IMG/VR virus record: IMGVR_UViG_3300042868_005134 | Location: 248,001 to 312,000 of that record | Direction: 5' to 3' (one strand) | DNA: 64,000 nucleotides | In this document: piece by piece, positions 25,606-34,365 of the stretch | Numbering within the stretch: the first letter of the stretch is position 1 | How the letters are laid out: each line of letters opens with the position of its first letter | Position numbers and translations under genes: made by a program | The notes under the pieces: generated by a model | What the model was told of the DNA's origin: nothing | Databases searched by the model: none | Seen by the model: the letters and a program-made list of their open reading frames with translations, nothing else

Positions 25606-26312
25606 TTTTCTCTCCCTGATTTCATATTGGCCATCCAATGGGCTAGTTGACCTTTTCTGCCACCTTGCTTGGCAACCTTGCGTAATGTACTTATGCTAGC
25701 CTTGGTTGGAACTCCGTGACGTTTGCTGTCACCTTTGTCTTGCGGATTTTTGCCATCCGCAAAGTTTTCTTCCAAGTCAACAGCATCATCTTTAAAAAAT
25801 TCTGGATACTTTTTATTAAAGTGTCTCATTATTATGGCAGCTTGAGCATTTGCTTCGTTTTCTATTTCGCTACCAGTACCGCCGCTATTGACATCTAGTC
25901 TGTGTTCTGTATTTTGTTTAAAGTGTATAAGTTCGTGTGCCAGTGTTCTTAATATATCCAATGCGTGTCTGTTTTCTATAGCTAGATAGATTATTTGTTC
26001 ACTGTCATCGTATTTTCCAAAAGTGGGTTGCTCGTGATCTATAATAATCTTTTCTAATTTGATTTTAGGCAACTTCTTTAATGCCAGTGCATGCATGGCC
26101 AAGGGTAAAAATTTTGTAAATGCAGTCATCAACTGCGGTTTGTTATCTGTATCTTCAGACACTCCACTGTATCCTGCGTCTGCGCCGTAACTGCCAGCAG
26201 GCCCAGGACCTGCTACAGGTTTCTTAGGAGTAATATAGGCCTTGGGTTTTTTATTATATTTCTTGGCTCTAACACCTTTTTTATGTTCGTCTACGATTTG
26301 GTGAGCTTTCAT
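25602..26312 (-). CDS. HExxH metallopeptidase-like protein (IrrE/ImmA-like) with low-complexity flanks
   Basis: LRTLAHELIHFKQ...EIENEANAQA. Confidence 0.7.
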   Translation of the reverse strand: MKAHQIVDEHKKGVRAKKYNKKPKAYITPKKPVAGPGPAGSYGADAGYSGVSEDTDNKPQLMTAFTKFLPLAMHALALKKLPKIKLEKIIIDHEQPTFGKYDDSEQIIYLAIENRHALDILRTLAHELIHFKQNTEHRLDVNSGGTGSEIENEANAQAAIIMRHFNKKYPEFFKDDAVDLEENFADGKNPQDKGDSKRHGVPTKASISTLRKVAKQGGRKGQLAHWMANMKSGREK

Positions 26313-26605
26313 CGGGGTTGCTCTCCAGTCATATAGGGCAAACTAAACCATAACTTGAACCATTCAGCATCACCGGGTCTAATATTGTTCTTACGCATTA
26401 TTTCAGCTTTCTCTGTGCCGCTTTGACCAAACGATTCGCCATAGCTGACCTGTTGCCCACGATATTCATGTAGTCTGGCTTGACCGCCAAGGCCGCCAAG
26501 GCCTGATAAAATTTTAAGTTCTTGTATGGGGTCAGCAGGATCAAGATAGCAGTCATCAGGACTGTCTCGATTCAAGTCATGGCTAGTGACCTTGTACTGC
26601 TTCAT
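26309..26605 (-). CDS. hypothetical phage protein
   Basis: coupled ORF ending EWFKLWFSLPYMTGE. Confidence 0.7.
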   Translation of the reverse strand: MKQYKVTSHDLNRDSPDDCYLDPADPIQELKILSGLGGLGGQARLHEYRGQQVSYGESFGQSGTEKAEIMRKNNIRPGDAEWFKLWFSLPYMTGEQPR

Positions 26606-27036
26606 TTTAGCGTGGCCTTTAACATCCAGCCGTGTTTGCGATGTGCGTCCATTCTTCCAGCAACAAAATCACTGAAGCCATGTTCGCCCATTTGTTCGCT
26701 TAGGTCGAACACCATCTTTAAAATTTTAACTATTTTTTCGTTATCAGTTAACAATTCAATAACCATTTGTTTGCTATCTAGGATTTCTGTTTCGTCTTCG
26801 ATTTGCGTCAGCATACTGAATCGTTGTAGACTAGATGGTGCGTAAGTGCCTAGTGCTCTTAGTTCTTCGGCAAACGTATCAATGCTGCCATAAACTTCTT
26901 GATAGATCCTTCCAAACAATGAATGAAACGATTCGAAAAACATTCCTTCAACGTTCCAATGAAAGTTTTGTGCTTTTAAGAAAAAGCTAAATTCAGTGGC
27001 AAATGCTATCTTAGCCGCCTTTTGTAATTCTTCCAT
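26602..27036 (-). CDS. dps: Dps / ferritin-like DNA protection protein
   Basis: KAQNFHWNVEG, FHSLF, IDTFAEELRALG, HRKHGWML. Confidence 0.92.
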   Translation of the reverse strand: MEELQKAAKIAFATEFSFFLKAQNFHWNVEGMFFESFHSLFGRIYQEVYGSIDTFAEELRALGTYAPSSLQRFSMLTQIEDETEILDSKQMVIELLTDNEKIVKILKMVFDLSEQMGEHGFSDFVAGRMDAHRKHGWMLKATLK

Positions 27037-27038
27037 TA

Positions 27039-27896
27039 TTATTTCCTTGTCTTTTTAAATCTTTTGAATATGTGAAACTTTTCGCTAACTGGCTGCGTCT
27101 TAGGTTCTTCTTTCTTAGGAGGATTTAACAATTCCTGTCCACGCTTGCGACTTGCCGCACTTTTAGCTTGTTGACGATCCCATGCTTTACTTAGTTTAGC
27201 GGCAGCACTCATGCGAGCAGTCTCCGACATGTCTCGCTCAGGTTCTTTTGTTTTCTTTACAGGTTTAGCTTTTTCTTTATCTGCTTTTAGTTTGGCCTTG
27301 CTGGCCTTGTCAGCTTCCTTGGCCGCCGCCTGATCCAAGTATGGAGTTAAGAAATGTTTAACAACGTCAAAGAAAGGACGACCAGCAACACGAGTATCAG
27401 CAGGAACTCCAGCAGCACGTTCAAATGCTGCTCGGTCATTGGCTGCTACTGCTGCACGTAAATCTGTTGCGCTGGATATACGTGCCGCTGGTTCCCACAC
27501 AATGTCTCTAAACTTGTAATAGCCGTGAGGACCTTCTTTACCATTAGACTTTTGTAATGCTGGCACAAATACTTTTGAATCGTTTTCATCAGTTACAACA
27601 TGTAGCGTCACAGCACCGTGATTTTTGTAAACCATTGATGCTAAAGTGAACCAACTTTGTTCCGCTACTAGATGCCCTTCGATTTCAGGCATGATAGTTT
27701 TCATTGCGTCAATCTTTACATTAAAAGGCAATGGGTCTTTTGGGCCTTGTGTGCTTTGATTAGTACCAATATACCATTCATCAAATTTAGATGCGGTGCT
27801 CCAGGCAGCTTTGTGGCCTTGATGTGGTGGATTAAATCGACCGAATATAATGCCCACGGACTTGTTTCTTGATTCGAATAGTTCTCTTAGTTTCAT
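27039..27896 (-). CDS. HIGH-superfamily nucleotidyltransferase (cytidylyltransferase-like)
   Basis: IIFGRFNPPHQGH, KDPLPF, ISSATDLR. Confidence 0.8.
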   Translation of the reverse strand: MKLRELFESRNKSVGIIFGRFNPPHQGHKAAWSTASKFDEWYIGTNQSTQGPKDPLPFNVKIDAMKTIMPEIEGHLVAEQSWFTLASMVYKNHGAVTLHVVTDENDSKVFVPALQKSNGKEGPHGYYKFRDIVWEPAARISSATDLRAAVAANDRAAFERAAGVPADTRVAGRPFFDVVKHFLTPYLDQAAAKEADKASKAKLKADKEKAKPVKKTKEPERDMSETARMSAAAKLSKAWDRQQAKSAASRKRGQELLNPPKKEEPKTQPVSEKFHIFKRFKKTRK

Positions 27897-27897
27897 C

Positions 27898-28239
27898 TTA
27901 ATTCTCGTCGTAGCGACCGTCTTCTACGTTTTTTGTTTCTTGCTCGTGTAACGCATTACAAATACCTTCGCACATGTCTTTTTCAAGATCCGGCTCTAGT
28001 CCTTCTACTTTAAAAGTGCTTTGATATGATTCGTAGGCTTTTTTAACCAGTCCTTCGAAAGCTCTTGGATGTACCGACTTTCCTGATTCTACATATTCTT
28101 TAAATTTGTTCATTACAGGAAAGTATTCCTTACGATAAAACTGAGGGTCGTTTTGCATAAAACAAACCAGATCATCTTTAAGATCGTAGCCTAATTGCTT
28201 CTTGTTAGAATCTGCGGGTAATAAATCGTTAATTTCCAT
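27898..28239 (-). CDS. hypothetical phage protein
   Basis: ORF; no clear SD. Confidence 0.7.
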   Translation of the reverse strand: MEINDLLPADSNKKQLGYDLKDDLVCFMQNDPQFYRKEYFPVMNKFKEYVESGKSVHPRAFEGLVKKAYESYQSTFKVEGLEPDLEKDMCEGICNALHEQETKNVEDGRYDEN

Positions 28240-28282
28240 AGCTGTGTACCAAATTTAGCAGGGACAGCTTGTACTCATGAGA

Positions 28283-28319
28283 AGTCCCCTATCTCGTGTA
28301 TTTATCGAAATAGGGGACT
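28283..28319 (-). promoter_or_regulatory. 10-bp hairpin with ATAAATA late motif in its loop
   Basis: AGTCCCCTAT(28283-28292)/ATAGGGGACT(28310-28319); ATAAATA 28299-28305. Confidence 0.55.
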
Positions 28320-28322
28320 GGC

Positions 28323-28964
28323 TTAGGCTTTAATTACAGACTCTATCTTTGCTATTGACTCACCCATAAACATCCTGACCATGGTCAGTGTTTGATCGCC
28401 TTTGACGTAAAAGTAGCTGCCGCCCCAACTTGTGTTACGGGACAAACTGCGTTTAGCTGTTGGCGTCAGCTTTATCTTCTTGTTATTTTTACACCACTCT
28501 ACAAAATTTGTATGATTTTGTTTAGTTTTACCCAGGAAAATTTTGTAATCAAAGTCTAGTTTTTTTACAATTACTGTATTGTTTGCTAATTCGGGATTAG
28601 CTTTGTTTGGTACACTGATGTATTTTACACGATCCGGATCAATTGATGCTAATTTTTCTAAGTTAACAGATACGTTTGTATAGACATTAATTAATGGGTG
28701 TTCTATTCGCAATTCGTAATCGGACAGCTTGAACATAACATTGTGTAATGTTTTACAATACTCTAAATCCTTGGGTGTTTTGATCTTGAGCCAGACTGGG
28801 TATTGTTCGGGGTCCGCTAGTTCGCCAAATTTACTTGACACAAATGTCAAATCATTGCCTCTAAACCAATTGGCCACTGGACAAACAAGTACAATTTTGT
28901 ACTTGTACTTGTTCATAAAGAGCTTGGTAGTATCTTTAATCTTGACTGATTTTGGCAGTTTCAC
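28323..28964 (-). CDS. hypothetical phage protein
   Basis: ORF overlapping clpA end. Confidence 0.7.
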   Translation of the reverse strand: MKLPKSVKIKDTTKLFMNKYKYKIVLVCPVANWFRGNDLTFVSSKFGELADPEQYPVWLKIKTPKDLEYCKTLHNVMFKLSDYELRIEHPLINVYTNVSVNLEKLASIDPDRVKYISVPNKANPELANNTVIVKKLDFDYKIFLGKTKQNHTNFVEWCKNNKKIKLTPTAKRSLSRNTSWGGSYFYVKGDQTLTMVRMFMGESIAKIESVIKA

Positions 28965-31200
28965 TTAGTGGAATCCTTGCTACCTTTGGCTTGGCAATCA
29001 ACAACAAGTTATCGTTTTCAACAACAATACTCAATGCCCCGCCGCCCTTTAGCTCTCCAAACAACATTAGTTTAGCAAGTGGCCGCTTGATTTCTTTATC
29101 GATTACTCGCTGTAATGGCCTTGCGCCCATCTTGGCATCAAAACCTTTTTCAATCAACCAATCAATTGCGTCATCACTAATCTTGATGCGAATAGCTTTT
29201 TCTTTGATTTGTCCTTTAAGCTCAACCATGAACTTACCAACAATTTTAATCATTGTTTCTTTAGTCAGCTTGCCAAACGTAACAACACCATCCAACCGAT
29301 TACGGAATTCTGGAGCAAAGAATTTCTTAAGATCTGTATCGCTGTAATCTTTATCTTGCTTACCAAAGCCAATGGCATTCTTCTCACTTGCTTGTGCGCC
29401 AGCATTTGTGGTAATAATAAGAATTAGATTACGACAATCTGCTTGTTTTCCATTTGAACCTGTGATAAAACCATTGTCCATCATCTGTAACAAGATTGTT
29501 GACACATCTGGGTGACTTTTTTCAATTTCGTCTAACAGTAATACACAGTTGGGACTTTCTTGAATTTTTGTAATCAGCAATCCAGCATTTTCTTCAAAGC
29601 CCACATACCCAGGTGGACTGCCAATCAACTTGGAAAGACTATGCTTTTCTTGATATTCACTCATGTCAAAGCGGACAAGTTTAGTACCCAAGTGCTTGGC
29701 CAGTGCCTTGGCTGTTTCAGTTTTACCTGTACCAGTTGGTCCCATGAACACAAAGCTACCCACCGGTTTGTTTTCACTCTTCAATCCCGCCCGGGCAACT
29801 AGAATCTTGTCTACAATTTCTGTAATAGCAGAATCTTGTCCGTACACTTCTTGTTTCAATTGACTTTCCAGGTTAGCAAGATTTCCAGCTTCCTGTTCTG
29901 CGATTTGCTCTTCAGGTATTTGAATCAGCTTTGCCATTTCAAACTGTATGCTTGCTTCGTTGACAACTCGTTCATCGGCCAGCTTCAAATTAAATCTTGA
30001 GCAAGCTAAATCAATCAAGTCAATGGCCTTGTCGGGCAACTTCTTATCTGTTTGATATTTAACACTCAATTTGATTGAGGCCTGTAGTGCATCATCTTTA
30101 ATTTTAACATTATGATGTTGCTCATAATATTTCTTAATACCCTTAAGGATTTGTAATGTTACTTCTGGTGTAGGCTCGTCGACAGTAATGCGTTGGAAAC
30201 GGCGCATTAACGCACGATCCTTTTCAAAGTACTTGCGATATTCTTCCCATGTGGTGCTGGCAATAACTTTGATGTTGCCCTTACTCAACGCAGGTTTCAT
30301 CATGTTGGCAAGATCATTTGATCCATTGCTGGCACTGCCAGCACCACTAATCATGTGTGCCTCGTCGATAAACAACACTGTCTTACCTTTCTTGCTTAAC
30401 CCTTTAAGCACAGCTTTAAATCGTTCTTCAAAGTCTCCACGATACTTACTACCTGCTAACATTGCGCTAATATCTAAGTTGTATACGCTGTAGTCTTTCA
30501 AGAAGTCAGGAACTGCTCCGTTTACAATGTTGTGAGCAAGACCTTCAGCAATGGCAGTCTTACCAACACCGGGATCACCCACAAGGATCACGTTGCTCTT
30601 ACTGCGCCTTCCTAATGCTAGGGCAATATTTTCTAATTCATCTATTCGACCAATAACAGGATCTACTTTGCCTTTTTTAACTTGTTCATTTAAATTTGTA
30701 GTAAATGCTTTTAGTGCTCGATCACTTTGTGTATCTTTAGGTTCGTTTTCTTCTTCCAACGGGGTTTCCACTTCATTATTAAGGTAATCTGCAAACTTGT
30801 CTTTGTCAATGTTTGCTTGCTGGATATAATAGTTACTCCAACTGCGCTTCTCACTCATCATGGCAAGAAATACATCGGTAGGTTCGATACGTTGTCTACC
30901 GTTGAATAACACCTGTGTAAACGCACGATTAAGTACACGTTCCACAGTTTGTGTTTTGCGAGGCTTGATGTCAGTGGTTACACCAATTATTTCGTCGCAT
31001 TTGGTCTTGAGATAATGTTCCAGATTCTTTTTAATATAATCCGGATCGGCTCCGTAACCTGTTACACAGTTGGTAAAACTTTCTTCACAGAGCATGGCAA
31101 ACAGCAAATGCTCAATGGTAAGATACTCGTGTTTTAATTTTTTGGCAACATCTATTGCTTTTTCAAACACTAGTTGTAATTCGGTGCTGGGTTCTACCAT
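28936..31200 (-). CDS. clpA: ATP-dependent Clp protease ATP-binding subunit ClpA
   Basis: HEYLTIEHLL N-domain, GDPGVGKT and GPTGTGKT Walker A, DEAH/DEIEK, IGF loop, GARPL; no ClpB M-domain. Confidence 0.93.
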   Translation of the reverse strand: MVEPSTELQLVFEKAIDVAKKLKHEYLTIEHLLFAMLCEESFTNCVTGYGADPDYIKKNLEHYLKTKCDEIIGVTTDIKPRKTQTVERVLNRAFTQVLFNGRQRIEPTDVFLAMMSEKRSWSNYYIQQANIDKDKFADYLNNEVETPLEEENEPKDTQSDRALKAFTTNLNEQVKKGKVDPVIGRIDELENIALALGRRSKSNVILVGDPGVGKTAIAEGLAHNIVNGAVPDFLKDYSVYNLDISAMLAGSKYRGDFEERFKAVLKGLSKKGKTVLFIDEAHMISGAGSASNGSNDLANMMKPALSKGNIKVIASTTWEEYRKYFEKDRALMRRFQRITVDEPTPEVTLQILKGIKKYYEQHHNVKIKDDALQASIKLSVKYQTDKKLPDKAIDLIDLACSRFNLKLADERVVNEASIQFEMAKLIQIPEEQIAEQEAGNLANLESQLKQEVYGQDSAITEIVDKILVARAGLKSENKPVGSFVFMGPTGTGKTETAKALAKHLGTKLVRFDMSEYQEKHSLSKLIGSPPGYVGFEENAGLLITKIQESPNCVLLLDEIEKSHPDVSTILLQMMDNGFITGSNGKQADCRNLILIITTNAGAQASEKNAIGFGKQDKDYSDTDLKKFFAPEFRNRLDGVVTFGKLTKETMIKIVGKFMVELKGQIKEKAIRIKISDDAIDWLIEKGFDAKMGARPLQRVIDKEIKRPLAKLMLFGELKGGGALSIVVENDNLLLIAKPKVARIPLSETAKISQD

Positions 31201-31696
31201 TACGTTTCCTCTGTTTTTTAATTGCTAAATCTAGCTTTAATTTACTTACTTTTGATGTAAAACATATACCATCTAGATGATCTAACTCGTGTAGGAAACA
31301 TCTGGCATCAATGCTATCAAGTCTTATTATACAGGTATTTTTATCCCTGTCAAGGAATTCGACTACAATATGGTATGGTCGTTTAACTGTAAAGAACAAT
31401 CCAGGATAGCTTAAACATCCTTCTTCGTCTTGTTCTAGCTCGTCACTCACGGCAATAATTTTGGGATTAAACACTGCAAATGGAGTAGTAACATTGGCCA
31501 AGTGTCTAGTCATTATCACAAACACTCTAGCTTCCACGCCTACTTGGCAGGCAGCAAGTCCTATGCCATTGTTTTCGTACATTATTCTAACCATTTCTTC
31601 TTCTAGAAGATGTGGATCCATTACTGGATTTTCAAAGTCGAAATTGGGTAATACTTTATCAAGTATTGGATTTGGATGTGTTATTAATTTCAGCAT
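31163..31696 (-). CDS. def: peptide deformylase
   Basis: GIGLAACQ, EGCLS, HELDH. Confidence 0.93.
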   Translation of the reverse strand: MLKLITHPNPILDKVLPNFDFENPVMDPHLLEEEMVRIMYENNGIGLAACQVGVEARVFVIMTRHLANVTTPFAVFNPKIIAVSDELEQDEEGCLSYPGLFFTVKRPYHIVVEFLDRDKNTCIIRLDSIDARCFLHELDHLDGICFTSKVSKLKLDLAIKKQRKRNGRTQHRITTSV

Positions 31697-32513
31697 GGAT
31701 TTTTTCTAATTTATCTTTTAGTATAGTGTCTGTTACAACGGGAACATTTAATCTTGTGTGAACAATCAAGTTTCCTTTATAACCACTATTTACGTTCCTA
31801 AACCCCATGCCTCTAGATAAAAACTCAGTGCCTGGCTGAACACCTGCTTGTATATTAATACGCACAATGTTGTCATCCAATGTAGTAATATTTTTTGTAC
31901 ATCCAATCATTGCTTCGATAGGGCTGATATCTAAGAACGCAACCAAGTCGTCACCGCGCCTATCGTAATCTTGACTGGCTTCTACCATTATAGTTACGTT
32001 GAGATCACCTTTTGGCAAGTTAGGTATGGAATCATCGCCCATACCTCCATACCTAATCACTTGACCGCTTTCTATGCCGGCAGGCACTTTGATCACGACG
32101 TTTTGATTTTTACCGGAAGGCAATGCGTAATTGGCCTCCATGTCGGCGCCGGTGTACGACTGTTTAAAAGAAACAGTACATCTAATATTTAGATCTCTGT
32201 TCTTTTGTCGAACACGTTGTTGTCTGCCAAACATATCTGCGAAAGGATGTTGTCCTCCAAACATTTGGGCAAATGGATCGAATGGGTTGCCTGTGTGGAA
32301 ATGGAACTGTGTTCCTCCACCTCTGCGCTCGGCATCGTACTGCGATCTCTTGTGGGGATCGCATAGTGTGTCATAGGCTTGACTGATAGATTGAAAAGTA
32401 GTAGTGTCACCGCCACGATCGGGATGATGTTTCATAGCCAATTTTTTGTAGGCTTTTTTTATTTCATCATCACTTGCCGTTTCGGTAACACCTAAAGTTG
32501 AATAATAGTCCAT
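31659..32513 (-). CDS. dnaJ: DnaJ class II co-chaperone
   Basis: J domain with HPD, G/F region, C-terminal domains, no Zn finger. Confidence 0.9.
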   Translation of the reverse strand: MDYYSTLGVTETASDDEIKKAYKKLAMKHHPDRGGDTTTFQSISQAYDTLCDPHKRSQYDAERRGGGTQFHFHTGNPFDPFAQMFGGQHPFADMFGRQQRVRQKNRDLNIRCTVSFKQSYTGADMEANYALPSGKNQNVVIKVPAGIESGQVIRYGGMGDDSIPNLPKGDLNVTIMVEASQDYDRRGDDLVAFLDISPIEAMIGCTKNITTLDDNIVRINIQAGVQPGTEFLSRGMGFRNVNSGYKGNLIVHTRLNVPVVTDTILKDKLEKIHAEINNTSKSNT

Positions 32514-32518
32514 AGTAC

Positions 32519-32547
32519 ATTATATAGCACACAGACTAAAAAGTCAA
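32519..32547 (-). promoter_or_regulatory. sigma70 promoter TTGACT-17-TATAAT, 5 nt before dnaJ ATG
   Basis: -35 32542-32547, -10 32519-32524. Confidence 0.8.
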
Positions 32548-33111
32548 CTATTCTCTTGGCGGCATGTAGTCGTCATCAACCGGACCAATATTAGCAGGCT
32601 TACCTACTGTGGGCATTGGCTTACCTACCGGTGTTGTCCCCCAACTCGGTGCTGGTGCGTAATTTGTGCCTGCTGTTGAAGGTGCGCTTCCAAACCCGCC
32701 TCCGCTAAAGCTACTTGGTGCTGTAGAACCAAAACCGCCGGAGTTGCTGGAGCCTCCTGATTGTGGTTGGCCAAATGTTGAAGGCCCGCCCTGAAATCCT
32801 GTTGTTGATGTTTGTATTCCGCCATTGTTGGCTCCGCCTAGTTTTTCTTGTGTACGACCAAAGGCCGCAATACCTAATACTGCACCCATGGCAATGTGGA
32901 ATAGTCCAGCACCTTGAAGTGTCAGTGGCATCCATTGAGTAATTGGAGATTTAGTTGCTGTTTGTAGCAACGACCATAGGATTGGAAATATAACCATGTC
33001 CATCATACAGACTAACATGTACATCCAACCCATAGCTGGCCGCCATTTTGAATTCATCCAATCTTCTTTTTTTGTCTCGCTTGCGCTTAAAACTTTAACT
33101 TCTTCTGACAT
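32548..33111 (-). CDS. holin-like protein (3TM holin type) with G/S/P-rich tail
   Basis: WRPAMGWMYMLVCMMDMVIFP, FHIAMGAVLGIAAFGR; start trimmed to MSEEV. Confidence 0.7.
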   Translation of the reverse strand: MSEEVKVLSASETKKEDWMNSKWRPAMGWMYMLVCMMDMVIFPILWSLLQTATKSPITQWMPLTLQGAGLFHIAMGAVLGIAAFGRTQEKLGGANNGGIQTSTTGFQGGPSTFGQPQSGGSSNSGGFGSTAPSSFSGGGFGSAPSTAGTNYAPAPSWGTTPVGKPMPTVGKPANIGPVDDDYMPPRE

Positions 33112-33133
33112 GGTTTTCGCTCCTATTTGTCTT

Positions 33134-33250
33134 TTATTTCTTAGCAATCATTGTTTGAATTTTTTCCTGAATTGCTTTAGCCCAGAAAGGCTGCGGAAAA
33201 TTCCATCCTACAAATGCTCCAACGGCTACCCATAATAAAATATCTAACAT
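33134..33250 (-). CDS. small membrane peptide (38 aa, not in ORF track)
   Basis: MLDILLWVAVGAFVGWNFPQPFWAKAIQEKIQTMIAKK; GGAG SD. Confidence 0.65.
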   Translation of the reverse strand: MLDILLWVAVGAFVGWNFPQPFWAKAIQEKIQTMIAKK

Positions 33251-33260
33251 AACCTTCTCC

Positions 33261-33824
33261 TTAGAAAAACAAATACAATCCATTAAGACTTAATAATATT
33301 CCGAATGCTGCCACAGCAAAACTTCCCCAGAACATGGCCACACTAACCGCAAGAATACTTGCTGATAGAACAACGATTGCTAACTGGTAGGCTGTACTTG
33401 CGTACCCAATCCAAGGCGATGACTTTTTAGCTTCTTCGCGAGCTGCTTCCATTTCTCTTGCTTTGACGGCAATTTCTTTCTTGTCAGCATCCATGCGTTC
33501 TTTCTCTGCCATGAACTCTGCTTTAATTTTTGGATCAGCTGTTGTCTTAGCGGCAATTTCGTAGCTGACGCCCCGACCTGCTTTGGCTTGATACTGTGCC
33601 CAGGTGTTGTTAGCACCCAGTGTATTGTTTAATACTGTGCTGGATAGTTTGCCACCGTACCATGCGTTAACTGCTAGTAACAAAGCAAATATGCTAATAA
33701 CCATACCTGCTTTGTCTTTTAATTTTGCTTCACGTTCGCTACGTGAACCTACTGGCGGCTTGGCCGCATCTGGATCTTTTGGTGTTTTGTTTACTAAATT
33801 TAATACTGAATCTATTAATGCCAT
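33261..33824 (-). CDS. DUF4337-like membrane protein
   Basis: TM, WAQYQAK coiled coil, two TM; family call from memory. Confidence 0.6.
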   Translation of the reverse strand: MALIDSVLNLVNKTPKDPDAAKPPVGSRSEREAKLKDKAGMVISIFALLLAVNAWYGGKLSSTVLNNTLGANNTWAQYQAKAGRGVSYEIAAKTTADPKIKAEFMAEKERMDADKKEIAVKAREMEAAREEAKKSSPWIGYASTAYQLAIVVLSASILAVSVAMFWGSFAVAAFGILLSLNGLYLFF

Positions 33825-33852
33825 TTTATCCTTCTCCTGATTAATATACTAC

Positions 33853-33859
33853 TATTTAA
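33853..33859 (-). promoter_or_regulatory. putative late promoter TTAAATA
   Basis: 28 nt before ATG 33824. Confidence 0.5.
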
Positions 33860-34081
33860 TCAAAATCCGAATAAGTTCTTCTTTGGCTCTGTTAAGAACT
33901 TCTCTGCGATTGAAGCACCTTTAGCCCTGACGTGCGGATCTGGACTATGTAACATTTCGTTAATTAACGCAGTCTTGGCCATTTTATCCATAGTTTGATC
34001 TCTGGAAACAGACTTTTGAACTTCTAGATTAGTGGCGCATCCTGTTAATAATACTAGGGAGATAATTAATGCAATTTTCAT
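33860..34081 (-). CDS. small lipoprotein
   Basis: MKIALIISLVLLTGC lipobox. Confidence 0.7.
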   Translation of the reverse strand: MKIALIISLVLLTGCATNLEVQKSVSRDQTMDKMAKTALINEMLHSPDPHVRAKGASIAEKFLTEPKKNLFGF

Positions 34082-34365
34082 TTTATGCTCTCGTATATTT
34101 TCTTTTGTGTATCGTACCACTCTTGCCACCCTTCCACTTTAGTTGAGCATTCGTAATACAACGAATAATTGTGTATTACAACTTTTAACATTTCTGTAAT
34201 AGCCACTTTGTCACCGTCAATCTTTCTTAACTGTTCACACTTGTCTTTTAATACTTGAGGTGCTTCGGGAAACTTGGGTTTAACTGGAACAGTAGTAGTA
34301 CACCCTGTTGCCAGAAATGCCAACGTTATAAAAAGAGCAAGAAAAAATAATTTTATCAATTTCAT
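34078..34365 (-). CDS. o-spanin (Rz1-like lipoprotein)
   Basis: lipobox LATGC, Pro-rich linker, follows i-spanin. Confidence 0.75.
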   Translation of the reverse strand: MKLIKLFFLALFITLAFLATGCTTTVPVKPKFPEAPQVLKDKCEQLRKIDGDKVAITEMLKVVIHNYSLYYECSTKVEGWQEWYDTQKKIYESIK

